DNA of 64,000 bases, taken from a virus. The notes under the pieces are model-generated. The model saw nothing but the letters and a program-made list of their open reading frames with translations. It was not told the origin of the DNA and searched no databases. The stretch lies in the IMG/VR virus record IMGVR_UViG_3300019762_000001, positions 1 through 64,000 of that record; one strand, 5' to 3'. A program made the position numbers and the translations under genes. Shown here piece by piece: positions 17,203 to 26,237 of the stretch (the stretch's first letter is position 1; each line of letters begins with the position of its first letter).

Positions 17203-17781
17203 TTAATCGTCTTGATCTTCTTCTGCTTGAGCTTTTTTCTTACCTTTCTTCTTTGACTTCTTCTCTACCTTGGCAGCAGCCTGTGAAGCTTCTTCTAAGT
17301 CCTCCTTAGAGACCTTAGCTTTCTTTGATTTCTTTTCCTTTTTGCCTTCCCCAGCATCTTCTTCTTTAGCCTTCTTAGCCTTCTTCTCCTTTTTAGGAAC
17401 ATCGGTATCTCCGGCAGCTTCTCGTCGCATTTTTGCACGATATTTCTTTTTCTCTGCATCGGAAAGCCCCTCTGGGTACTCATACTTAGTGTTTCTCTCA
17501 CCAGCTTCTCGTTTAGGCTTAATAGCCTCGTATTGCTCCTTAAGAGAATCCAACTTAGCCACCTCAACAGTTAAGGTTTTTTCTAACTCAGCTAATTCCT
17601 TAGCTACCTTTTTGTCAGATGGTACTGAACCCGACTTCATGCACTTGTGCTTCATTCGGATTGATTTGCAAGGTTTACGGGCTGCAGCAACTACTGCTTT
17701 TTGCTCAACGATTGCCTCTTTTAATTGTTCTGGGTTTAAAGCCTCTGCTTCAGTAGCTTTTGGTGCTTTTTTCTTAGCCAT
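17203..17781 (-). CDS. Lys/Ala/Glu-rich histone-like protein with KYxYP module
   Basis: composition; KYEYPEGLSDAEKKKYRAKMRR. Confidence 0.85.
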   Translation of the reverse strand: MAKKKAPKATEAEALNPEQLKEAIVEQKAVVAAARKPCKSIRMKHKCMKSGSVPSDKKVAKELAELEKTLTVEVAKLDSLKEQYEAIKPKREAGERNTKYEYPEGLSDAEKKKYRAKMRREAAGDTDVPKKEKKAKKAKEEDAGEGKKEKKSKKAKVSKEDLEEASQAAAKVEKKSKKKGKKKAQAEEDQDD

Positions 17782-17861
17782 CTTTTGTAATGTTTAATTA
17801 ATGAAACTTGTTTATAGTTTAGTGGGATCCTTTGTTCCCATTGATAATATCCAATAGTATT

Positions 17862-18233
17862 TTATTTACCAGTATTACTGGAATAGATAATACCGGGTTT
17901 TAATTCTCTGCAGGTAACCTTGATTCTAGGGTGTTCCGCAATGGTTGGCTCATGTATTTGGAATAAAGCTAAAGCCTCAGATTCTGAAGCAAGTCCTGTA
18001 TACATCTTAGACCATTTTTTATTTTGATACTTCCACTCTAAAAGGTATATAGTATGTGTTGTACCATACCTTTTCAGATGTTCTCTGTGGGTTTGTATAT
18101 TACCTAATAGTTGATTTCTGCGAATCCTATATGTTTTACTAGTTGGGTTTTCATCTAAACCCTTTTGGTTCTCCTTGAGCATTTCTTCAGCCCGTTTGAG
18201 TAACTCTAATATTTCGAAAGCTCTTCTACTCAT
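17862..18233 (-). CDS. hypothetical protein
   Basis: ORF with ATGA overlap to the upstream gene. Confidence 0.75.
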   Translation of the reverse strand: MSRRAFEILELLKRAEEMLKENQKGLDENPTSKTYRIRRNQLLGNIQTHREHLKRYGTTHTIYLLEWKYQNKKWSKMYTGLASESEALALFQIHEPTIAEHPRIKVTCRELKPGIIYSSNTGK

Positions 18234-18994
18234 GGTATGAATCTTTTATTGTGCCATTTCCGGCTTAGTGCATGTTTTAGTTGTGGCTTGGTCTGGTAGT
18301 TATACTCCTTATAATCGAGTTTTATAGCACACGGTATCCATAGTTCTAATAACTCCGATCTAAACTTAGGCATAAGGTTAACTTTCTCGGATTCTAGTTC
18401 TTTCTCTATAGTATCAGAGCATAATTGGATTAACTCCCCAACTTTAGCACTAGCATAAGATGCAGCAGTGGGGAATAATTCACGGTTTACATTACCCTTA
18501 GATACCGCATAGGAGTAGTTAGCTCTATGATATTTCCGATATGTATCTAACTGCTTAAAGTAGTAATCCAGTATTATACCTGTAAGATATACATGATTCT
18601 CTGAACCCACTACCGTTATGCTCCTTATGGGGTTATCCCTTGACATAACGTATTCCCACATTATCCGGGTATGTGTTACCTTGCAGATCCTAGATAAGAA
18701 CTCTACATGTCTCTCTGTTACCTCCTCATGGAAGTATTTTTGGCATTTTAGGATGTTTACCGGTGAGGTGTATTTTACTACGATACGGGTATTAGTATAG
18801 GATATTCCCTTGGAATAGGTGGGAGTGTTGAATCCCCTATGTTCTTTTCCTTGTTCCTCTATAATAGCCCTTAGAGCAGCCACCATCCTATCGGGTATTT
18901 TCCAGGAGTGTTTTTCTGTCAACTTTAAGTACGGTACAAACCTTTGGCAGGCCTGAAAGGAATACTTAGGAAGTCGAGTTTGTTTAAAAGGCAT
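18230..18994 (-). CDS. hypothetical protein
   Basis: ORF; start moved to MPFKQ (18994) because 19027 lies within the -7 box. Confidence 0.75.
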   Translation of the reverse strand: MPFKQTRLPKYSFQACQRFVPYLKLTEKHSWKIPDRMVAALRAIIEEQGKEHRGFNTPTYSKGISYTNTRIVVKYTSPVNILKCQKYFHEEVTERHVEFLSRICKVTHTRIMWEYVMSRDNPIRSITVVGSENHVYLTGIILDYYFKQLDTYRKYHRANYSYAVSKGNVNRELFPTAASYASAKVGELIQLCSDTIEKELESEKVNLMPKFRSELLELWIPCAIKLDYKEYNYQTKPQLKHALSRKWHNKRFIP

Positions 18995-19024
18995 ATCTTG
19001 TAGTTTTTTATAATTATTATAATA

Positions 19025-19055
19025 CAAATATATATAAAAATATAACTCAGTGCAA
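19025..19055 (-). promoter_or_regulatory. sigmaA-type early promoter
   Basis: TTGCACTGAGTTAT...TATATTTG, N20 spacer. Confidence 0.85.
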
Positions 19056-19091
19056 TAATCCCTGGATCTAACCCATAGTGGGTTAAACTAA

Positions 19092-19124
19092 TATGGGCTT
19101 TGAGTGATTAGCCCAAAGCCCATA
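19092..19124 (-). terminator. hairpin, probable terminator after the tRNA-like RNA
   Basis: TATGGGCTTTG/CAAAGCCCATA. Confidence 0.65.
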
Positions 19125-19155
19125 AGACATGTTACTAAAGTTACCATTGGCATGA

Positions 19156-19265
19156 TGGTGTAATCGGAGAGGGATTTGAACCCCCGACTGACCCTAGGCC
19201 TTACGAATTTGCAATTAAATTCAGTGTACCTAGACTGCTCTGACCAGGCTGAGCTATCCGATTAT
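19156..19265 (-). ncRNA. tRNA-like RNA with about 28 extra nt in the anticodon arm
   Basis: AATCGGA/TCCGATT acceptor, TA, GCTC-AGCCTGGTCA-GAGC D arm, GGGGG-TTCAAAT-CCCTC T arm, 3' ACACCA; no 7-nt anticodon loop. Confidence 0.75.
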
Positions 19266-19268
19266 AGT

Positions 19269-19293
19269 GGGGAGGGACTTCGAAACCCTCCCC
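19269..19293 (-). other. hairpin with T-loop-like TTCGAA loop immediately 5' of the tRNA-like RNA
   Basis: GGGGAGGG-TTTCGAAGT-CCCTCCCC-ACTA. Confidence 0.6.
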
Positions 19294-19378
19294 GATCTAG
19301 TCTATATTTCCCAATTAAGACTCGAATGTTTAGTTTCTAATAAATAATACTGTTTAATACTAGGTTAATTACAAGGGC

Positions 19379-19975
19379 CTATTTTTTACCCTTTTTCTTT
19401 GACTTCTTTTCCTTTTTCTTCTTAGGAGCTTCAATATCAAGTTCCTCTGCGATTGCTCTTCTCAAGCCATCCTCATCACCATCGAAATCTTCTGGATCAG
19501 TTTGAAGATCGTTCTCATCACAGAATTCTTCTAGTTCCTCATCGTCCATTCCGGCAAGGTCTTCCCAGGTAGTTTCCTCTTCTTCCTCGTCTCCATCCTC
19601 GTCCTCATCATCGTCTCCATCCTCATCCTCGTCTCCATCCTCGTCCTCATCCTCATCTTCTTCCTCGTCCTCATCTTCTTCCCCATCCTCGTCCTCATCC
19701 TCATCCTCGTCCTCATCCTGGTTCTCCTTGAAAAGCTCGATGATATCTTCATCACTCATGCCTTTCATTTTCTTTTTGGTAGCCAGCTTGTTCTCGAATA
19801 AGAATGCCTTAGCTTCCTCTACATCGATTTCTTCTTCTTCTGAGTCAGCTCCTGTTGAAGGTAGGGTACCACCATTAAGTACTACCTGACGGTGATTGCC
19901 TTCAAAAGAAAGGATCATCATACCGTTTTCCAATTCCTCAACGTTAGTTAGTTTTTTACCTGTAAGATTTTTCAT
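19379..19975 (-). CDS. highly acidic protein with poly-D/E tract and basic tail
   Basis: about 50-residue D/E/G run; helical C-domain; KKKKEKKSKKKGKK end. Confidence 0.9.
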   Translation of the reverse strand: MKNLTGKKLTNVEELENGMMILSFEGNHRQVVLNGGTLPSTGADSEEEEIDVEEAKAFLFENKLATKKKMKGMSDEDIIELFKENQDEDEDEDEDEDGEEDEDEEEDEDEDEDGDEDEDGDDDEDEDGDEEEEETTWEDLAGMDDEELEEFCDENDLQTDPEDFDGDEDGLRRAIAEELDIEAPKKKKEKKSKKKGKK

Positions 19976-20035
19976 TTTGTTACGTGTGTTACGTGTGTTA
20001 ATAATTAATTATAGTTCTCAATAGAATTTCCAATT

Positions 20036-21001
20036 CTAGTAATTCATATCCTGTGTGGCCCTTGTGTACCCGGATAGCCCCCATCTCTCATGGTGAAGGT
20101 AGATATCCATTAGGTCCTCATCATTATCCCCATTTACCGGGCTACAGATTAGGGGGTGTGTTAGTTTACGATCTATAGATTGTAGTACTGACCCATTCCC
20201 AGGTGTAAACCCTATCTGGCTTGATGGTAAAAATCCCCTAGCGATTAACTCCTTGTGAGCTTCCTCTGGGGTATGGTTAGGGCTCATTGCCCTACCATCT
20301 GATGCTAGTGCCTTATAATACCGGGATTTTCTTGATTTTATCTTATCCCCGTATTTCTTATATAGTTTAATAGCAACCGGAGTTCTAGAATAATTCCCCG
20401 GATAGAACCTATCCAGTACCCTGATGATGTTTGTCATGATAACGAACTCACTTGGGTAGAATCTACCCTCCTTTCGTAGGGCCTTTTTAATCTTATGGAA
20501 ACAATTTACCGGGTTACTATAAGCCAGTTCATTATTCCAATAGTACTTAACATACCTGGTGATAAACAGGTTTGGCTTATGTTGTATGACTTCTTTTGGG
20601 TTCATCTCCTTGTATTGTTTTTGGTTATAAATGTTTTTCCTCCTGATCTTAGTTCTGTATTGTAGCTTTTGCCTATCAGTTAAGCCGGGTGGGTATTTAT
20701 ACTTAGAAACTCTGTACCTCTCGTCGAACCACTTAGCAGATAGTATGAACATTGGAGTCCTGATCCTTAAGTCTTTAACCTTGTTGTATGGAAGTATTAC
20801 AAAGGAATCAAGATGGGCTTTGAATTTTGGATGTAATGCCAAATTCTCTATCCATACATTAGCAAGTTCCTTAGTGTAGAAATGTCTACGTACTAAGACT
20901 GGGCTATTTGGGTTTTTAAAATCCACGGCATAGAAATACCCCAGCTTAATCTCGAAATTGCTGTCATACCTTTTATTCCATACTACCCCCTTATTTGCCA
21001 T
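20036..21001 (-). CDS. hypothetical basic protein with KYxYP module
   Basis: KYKYPPGLTDRQKLQYRTKIRR. Confidence 0.8.
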   Translation of the reverse strand: MANKGVVWNKRYDSNFEIKLGYFYAVDFKNPNSPVLVRRHFYTKELANVWIENLALHPKFKAHLDSFVILPYNKVKDLRIRTPMFILSAKWFDERYRVSKYKYPPGLTDRQKLQYRTKIRRKNIYNQKQYKEMNPKEVIQHKPNLFITRYVKYYWNNELAYSNPVNCFHKIKKALRKEGRFYPSEFVIMTNIIRVLDRFYPGNYSRTPVAIKLYKKYGDKIKSRKSRYYKALASDGRAMSPNHTPEEAHKELIARGFLPSSQIGFTPGNGSVLQSIDRKLTHPLICSPVNGDNDEDLMDIYLHHERWGLSGYTRATQDMNY

Positions 21002-21557
21002 CTCCCATGCTCTTTATAGCTTTATTAAACCAGATACCTATTGATTTTTCCCGGGCATCCGGAAATTCCTCTAATACCATTTTAATCACATCAGCTTTTG
21101 GAGTACCTTTAGTGGCAAGTTCATAAGTTAATGCTTTCTTGGTACCTTTAAATACTCCTTGCTCGCTACGTTCACGTTTTTTCTTTACGGTTTTAAACCC
21201 TTTTATTCGTGCAACTCTAGGAGCTCTGTCTGAGTCTTCTCCAGCATATGATAACCTTAGTGATGGATGTGCTAAACTAGGCTCCATAGTTTTACCAAGT
21301 TTCTCATTACGTTTCTGGATAAGTTCCATTACCGCCTTATCATGTTCGATTAGGTTTTGTGGTACTCTATCATCCAGGAAATGCTCCAGGAACCAGCTAG
21401 ATAGTTTGGGTACATCCCATTTTACTACCCGCCTTGGGGATAATCCCCTTAGAGCACATTCCTTTTGAAGAGCCCTAATATTCATATTCTCAAGTTCCAC
21501 AGCAGCTCTACCCTGCATGGTACCAGCTTTTACCTTTTTAACCTTCTTTCTTGCCAT
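20991..21557 (-). CDS. basic putative DNA-binding protein
   Basis: SAP-like 'MNIRALQKECALRGL' and a C-terminal HTH-like helix bundle. Confidence 0.6.
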   Translation of the reverse strand: MARKKVKKVKAGTMQGRAAVELENMNIRALQKECALRGLSPRRVVKWDVPKLSSWFLEHFLDDRVPQNLIEHDKAVMELIQKRNEKLGKTMEPSLAHPSLRLSYAGEDSDRAPRVARIKGFKTVKKKRERSEQGVFKGTKKALTYELATKGTPKADVIKMVLEEFPDAREKSIGIWFNKAIKSMGDGK

Positions 21558-21990
21558 GGTTATCCTCTATTTGTATAGTGATAATATCCTGTATAAACTT
21601 CTCAACATGTTCACAACCTGTGATGTTTTTTATCTTGGTAAGGTGTACTATAACATCCTGTGAGTTTAGGTATACCTCCCCAGTATCTACCGCACTTATG
21701 ATTGATATTCCCGTACTTGGTGAGATGGGTGGTACTTCGAGATTATGTCTTACTACCAACCCAAGGTCTTCTAATTTTGTAACCAATTCAGATACCTCTT
21801 TTAGAGGTGCATCCACATATACTTGTACCCGTATCTTTTTACATGCCCCATGTAAGACAGAAGCTGAAATAACTTTACCTGTTATAGGTGAGTCATTTAG
21901 TAGGTTAAGTACTTCTTTCGATTTGCCTAATTGAAAGAATCTGGGAGTTTTTTTAAACTCGAAAATGTTAAAATCTTTAGTATTACTCAT
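21538..21990 (-). CDS. hypothetical protein
   Basis: ORF directly after a promoter. Confidence 0.75.
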   Translation of the reverse strand: MSNTKDFNIFEFKKTPRFFQLGKSKEVLNLLNDSPITGKVISASVLHGACKKIRVQVYVDAPLKEVSELVTKLEDLGLVVRHNLEVPPISPSTGISIISAVDTGEVYLNSQDVIVHLTKIKNITGCEHVEKFIQDIITIQIEDNHGKKEG

Positions 21991-22019
21991 ATCTTTAGTA
22001 TATGTATTAATTAATAGTG

Positions 22020-22050
22020 CAAATATATATATTATAATTACTCAGTGCAA
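22020..22050 (-). promoter_or_regulatory. sigmaA-type early promoter
   Basis: TTGCACTGAGTAAT...TATATTTG, N20 spacer. Confidence 0.85.
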
Positions 22051-22068
22051 ATCTTGGAGGGTACTTTT

Positions 22069-23055
22069 TTAGACATGGAATTTTTCATCCTCGGTTCTTT
22101 CGGCTCCCTCTAATTCCATCTTTGAATCTCTAGCTTTAGACCTATTAGCTTTATCATTAAAATCTACTGTTCGTAGAATATGAGCTCTAGTTTTCTTGAT
22201 ATGCTCTATGGATTCATAGTTTATAGCTTCCTTTAGCATTAGTCTAAAGTTTTGCCAGAACTTCTGACCAAGCCTTGGAGTTTTTGTTTTCTCTACGAAA
22301 TAGTAATTAGCTATGAGCTGGCCAAAGTCTGTTGCTTTACCCTGTTTTATATACATTGGGATCCCAAGCTTACCAAAATAATCCCGTACTGTTTGGGTAT
22401 TCTTTACTGTTATTATTTTATACATGGTTGGCTGGTACTCAGGGTTTGGAAGAGCAACATAGACTCTATCGTGAGTTCCAGTATATTTGTATTTTTCAGT
22501 GATTAAGAAAAGTGTGGTTGAGGGTAGGGTGGTTATATTCTTTAGGTATTTCTGGAACCTAGCCTTAGCCCGTCTCTTGAATGCAGATGGTTCTTGTAAG
22601 TCATCCGGTAATATCCTAAAGTTATTCCATCTGTCGAACTCCATGATGAGTTGGAATAGATCCTCGCAAGCCTCATTGTCGGTATTAATAATGTTGAACA
22701 TTTCTTGGTATACCTTTCGATCCCTAGCAGTTCGTATCATATACCTTTTATCATCCAGCCTTCTTACAGCAGCTTTCATTGGAACTCTATCCTCCATGAG
22801 GTAGGCTAGGTATAATTTGAAGTTCTCTGATACTGGGATTCCCTCCGGGATAAGGGTATGATACTTATTATAATGCAATGTAAAAATCCGGATAAAGGTT
22901 TTAGCTCTATCCAGAATCTCCAGGTATTTATAATGTGATTTTTTCATTATCTCCCCAGCTTGCCAGGTGGATTTCCCAAATTGCACGGATAGGTTAAGGG
23001 CTGTTTGCTCTTCCTCTGTTAGTATTTTCCATGCCTCAATTCCATTCATCTTCAT
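22069..23055 (-). CDS. putative transcription factor with N-terminal sigma70 region-4-like HTH
   Basis: AWKILTEEEQTALNL...GKSTWQAGEIMKKS....EILDRAK pattern. Confidence 0.55.
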   Translation of the reverse strand: MKMNGIEAWKILTEEEQTALNLSVQFGKSTWQAGEIMKKSHYKYLEILDRAKTFIRIFTLHYNKYHTLIPEGIPVSENFKLYLAYLMEDRVPMKAAVRRLDDKRYMIRTARDRKVYQEMFNIINTDNEACEDLFQLIMEFDRWNNFRILPDDLQEPSAFKRRAKARFQKYLKNITTLPSTTLFLITEKYKYTGTHDRVYVALPNPEYQPTMYKIITVKNTQTVRDYFGKLGIPMYIKQGKATDFGQLIANYYFVEKTKTPRLGQKFWQNFRLMLKEAINYESIEHIKKTRAHILRTVDFNDKANRSKARDSKMELEGAERTEDEKFHV

Positions 23056-23761
23056 TAGATTCTTCGTAAGTTAGGTTAGCATATAATTTATCTAATACTC
23101 TAGGACCTAGCTCGCATAGTTCATCTAAGCTATCCTCTCGCATTGATTTCTCCTCGTAATCCTCATAGACAGTGTAAAATATATTTTCGAAGTCCACTGT
23201 TACTTGGGTTGGGTTATCCCCCAGCATTAAGTCTAGTATTACTTGTTTATTTTTGTGGTCTATCTTTATAATAGTACCAACTAGACCTTCATAGGGATAA
23301 CCTTTTAAAGAGATTTCGTCACCTTTTTCTATCTGTCCAATTTCTAAGTCATTGAATATAGACTTACTCCTACAGGCTCTCTTTACTGCAACTATTTCCC
23401 TAGATGAAACTATGGAGATGTTATGGATCCCGATAGATGAGTCAGCTTCTTCATCATATAACATTCTTGCAGGATCTTTTACCCAGCTGTGTATCCCAGG
23501 TATTTGGTCCTTTAACTTTCTCAAGAAGTCAGGGCTAAAGATAAATTGCTCGGGTATTTTTAAGAACCCATAGTTTAGTAGGAATGGTATGTCCTCATAC
23601 TCCTTTTTGTTTTTGAAGCATTTCTTAAGGACTCTGACCATTGGTATGTATACCGTTATGTCAGAATATCCATTCTCTATTAAGTCCTGTTCGAAGGTAT
23701 CAAGAGCTTTACGGTTTACATGTACCGCTACCCAGATCCGGCTAAGTTTAGAGTCTTTCAT
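23036..23761 (-). CDS. NusG/UpxY-like transcription elongation factor
   Basis: NGN-like WVAVHV..VYIPM..PFLLNYGFL plus KOW GDEISLKGYPYEGLVGTIIKID. Confidence 0.8.
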   Translation of the reverse strand: MKDSKLSRIWVAVHVNRKALDTFEQDLIENGYSDITVYIPMVRVLKKCFKNKKEYEDIPFLLNYGFLKIPEQFIFSPDFLRKLKDQIPGIHSWVKDPARMLYDEEADSSIGIHNISIVSSREIVAVKRACRSKSIFNDLEIGQIEKGDEISLKGYPYEGLVGTIIKIDHKNKQVILDLMLGDNPTQVTVDFENIFYTVYEDYEEKSMREDSLDELCELGPRVLDKLYANLTYEESNEDEWN

Positions 23762-24306
23762 CGGTAAATACGTTTTTTATAAGCCTTAGCTATTTTGTGG
23801 AATTTTTTGTAGTCCATTGAGAAGAAGTCTCTGGAATTTAGTAGGACTACAGTTTCATGGTTTGGGTCTTGGAATGATAGTATGCCATGTTTACATTTGA
23901 AGATAGGCCCTATAGCTTGGAAGAATTCTCCAGATATAACCACAAAGTGCATGTCCTTTGGCATTCTGTCATATCTCATGAATACTATTGGGATTAGTCT
24001 ATGGTCTAATCCATCAGAACTGGATTGGGCCCAGAATTCTTTTATCTTAGTTTTCTTACTACCCACTGACCCATCTATTAACCCCTCAAATGAGATGTCT
24101 TTATGATGCTTAGCCTCTATAGATAGTGTGAAATATCTCGAGTGCTTCTCATCGGTACAGATTATATCCCCAGAGGAATTTTTAGATTGCCAATGTAGAC
24201 CCCCGGATTGGGGGACTCTAGAGAACTCTAGCCCTGTCCAACTCATAAATAGTTTGGATAGGGCCAGTTCATTTTTGTTTCCTTTGTTTTTTGAGTTTAC
24301 CGCCAT
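23758..24306 (-). CDS. Holliday junction resolvase (PD-(D/E)xK, Hjc-like)
   Basis: NSKNKGNKNE, RVPQSGG, GDI, IEAK. Confidence 0.85.
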   Translation of the reverse strand: MAVNSKNKGNKNELALSKLFMSWTGLEFSRVPQSGGLHWQSKNSSGDIICTDEKHSRYFTLSIEAKHHKDISFEGLIDGSVGSKKTKIKEFWAQSSSDGLDHRLIPIVFMRYDRMPKDMHFVVISGEFFQAIGPIFKCKHGILSFQDPNHETVVLLNSRDFFSMDYKKFHKIAKAYKKRIYR

Positions 24307-24361
24307 AGTATATTGTGTATAGTTTATATACTAATAGCCGTCTAGTGTAACAGTATTGTAG

Positions 24362-26236
24362 TTACGGTCTATCATATTGAGTAACACCTTGATGTAACCT
24401 TAGAGCCAACATACGTGCATTGGTAGGCGCAAAGGATTTTTGGTGTGTGATTAATGTAACAGATTTAGTCTCAGCTTTTTTCTGGATTATCTCAGATACT
24501 ACCTCTATATTATGGGCATCCAGAGATTCAAAGGCTTCATCTATGAATAAGATATTGGTATTCAGTACCTTGTTAACCACATCATGTAAAGCAAAGGCTG
24601 CAGCTATATTAACCAGTTGGCCCTGGCCCCCGGATAGATCCTTTTGGGGTATCTCCATACCATTCTTTAGTATGTAGGCATCTATTGATTTCCTAGCTGA
24701 GTCCATGTTTACTTCGAACTTAACCTGGAACCCAAGTATATCTGCATACTCTAGTAGTAAGTCATTGAAGTCACCCATCATTTGATCAAAGATGAAAGCC
24801 TTGATACCATGGTTTGATAGTGGATCATTTATGCACCATTCTAAATCCTCAACCAATTTTCTACTCTTCCTGGCTAATTTCTTTATTGGCTTAACTTCTT
24901 CTTTTAATTTTTCTATTTGCTTCTCTACCTTACTAATATCCCCAGTAAACTTCTCTTTCTTAATAACCTTAATCTCAGATTTATATTCTTTTATTTGAGA
25001 TTCGTACTCACTCCTTAACCCCTCATTAGAGTTAAAGCTATCCCGTTGTTTTTCTAGTACTTTCTTTTCTTTAGTAAGTTGTTTTTCTTTGCTTATAAGT
25101 TTATCTTTACTAGCAATTTGTTGAGTTAGCTCATTAATCTCCGATTTACTTTTGGTTATAGTATCCCCGGTAATCTTTAAAGAAGTTTCAAGGGCTTTGT
25201 GATTTGCTTTTAATACCCCCTCCCTTTGTTTTCTTTCTGACTTAGTATAGGGTTTACCGCATTCCATACATGAAGTAGGGATATGTTGTAGTTTCTCCCA
25301 AGATTCATCCCTCTCTTTCTTTATACTCTCGTAAGTCCGTTCCTCGAATTTTAGACTACCATTTAACCTGGCCAACTGGGTTTCTAGTTTCCTCCTTTTG
25401 TCTTTAGCTTTAGTTATGCTCTTTAGGCTTTTGTCTATAACTATGATCTTGGAGTTGGGTATGCTCCATTTTACTTTATTCCCAACGCATGACTTTAGTT
25501 TTTCTTCAGCCTCCTCAATTTTAGCTTTAAGTTTTTTAATCTGTTTCTTCTTGTTTGTGTCGAAGGTGAGACTCTGCTCTTTAAGCGATTCAAGTAGTTC
25601 TTCCTTTCCTTCTTGTTTTGAGCTATAGCCCAGTAGTTCAGACTCAAGCTTGGATAACTTTTCTCTTTCATTCTTTAGTTTAGTTTTACCTATTTCCTTT
25701 GCTTTATTTATATAGGCCACGTCAAAGGCTTCTTCAAAGATCTTAACCCGGGATGAATTATCTTCTTCTACTAAACCCTTAACCTTCTGACCCATTGCCA
25801 GTGCACTTTTGAATAACCCATAGCTGAAGCCAAGGATCTCTTGTAGCATTTCTTTTGCTTTACCTTTTGACTTAGCTTCCCCTATTTCCTGTCCGTTTTT
25901 CAGGAGTATTAGCCGGTTCTTACCCTTTGAACCCTGCACTTTGCCGGTAAAGTCTTTACATCTGATGGCCTCATAGGTATCATCGAACTTTTCAAAAACT
26001 ACTCTTACTCTAGTTCCCCGCCATAGGTTAGTTCTTAGCCTTTCCCAAGTCTCAATGGTAGCCCCCTCTTTGAGAGGGTAACCCGTACATACCCAGGATA
26101 GTGCGGATAGTATAGTGGTTTTTCCTGTACCATTTGGAGCCTTGATGGCTGTAAGGCCAGGGTGGTCCAATCTAAACACGAAAGGGATTTGGAATGAACC
26201 AAACCCCTCTATCTCGAGCTCTTTAAAATATAACAT
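24362..26236 (-). CDS. SbcC/Rad50-like (gp46) recombination ATPase
   Basis: Walker A PNGTGKT, coiled coil with CMEC hook, LSGGQ signature, ILFIDE, ITH. Confidence 0.95.
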   Translation of the reverse strand: MLYFKELEIEGFGSFQIPFVFRLDHPGLTAIKAPNGTGKTTILSALSWVCTGYPLKEGATIETWERLRTNLWRGTRVRVVFEKFDDTYEAIRCKDFTGKVQGSKGKNRLILLKNGQEIGEAKSKGKAKEMLQEILGFSYGLFKSALAMGQKVKGLVEEDNSSRVKIFEEAFDVAYINKAKEIGKTKLKNEREKLSKLESELLGYSSKQEGKEELLESLKEQSLTFDTNKKKQIKKLKAKIEEAEEKLKSCVGNKVKWSIPNSKIIVIDKSLKSITKAKDKRRKLETQLARLNGSLKFEERTYESIKKERDESWEKLQHIPTSCMECGKPYTKSERKQREGVLKANHKALETSLKITGDTITKSKSEINELTQQIASKDKLISKEKQLTKEKKVLEKQRDSFNSNEGLRSEYESQIKEYKSEIKVIKKEKFTGDISKVEKQIEKLKEEVKPIKKLARKSRKLVEDLEWCINDPLSNHGIKAFIFDQMMGDFNDLLLEYADILGFQVKFEVNMDSARKSIDAYILKNGMEIPQKDLSGGQGQLVNIAAAFALHDVVNKVLNTNILFIDEAFESLDAHNIEVVSEIIQKKAETKSVTLITHQKSFAPTNARMLALRLHQGVTQYDRP

Positions 26237-26237
26237 G

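Noticed and set aside
19156-19265. Canonical tRNA, tmRNA or group I intron-containing tRNA
   Set aside because: No 5-bp stem with 7-nt anticodon loop; far too short for tmRNA or a self-splicing intron, and it has a full D stem.
19580-19720. TCC/TCA/TCG microsatellite-like repeat and the alternative-frame ORF 19531-19755
   Set aside because: Simply the coding sequence of the poly-D/E tract.
19978-20000. 9-bp tandem repeat (tgttacgtg x2.5) upstream of the acidic protein
   Set aside because: Too short and isolated; probably a slippage duplication.
272-22071. CRISPR array or att sites from the recurring AT-rich repeat
   Set aside because: Copies are kilobases apart, sit before genes and match the host promoter consensus; no integrase or cas gene is in the window.
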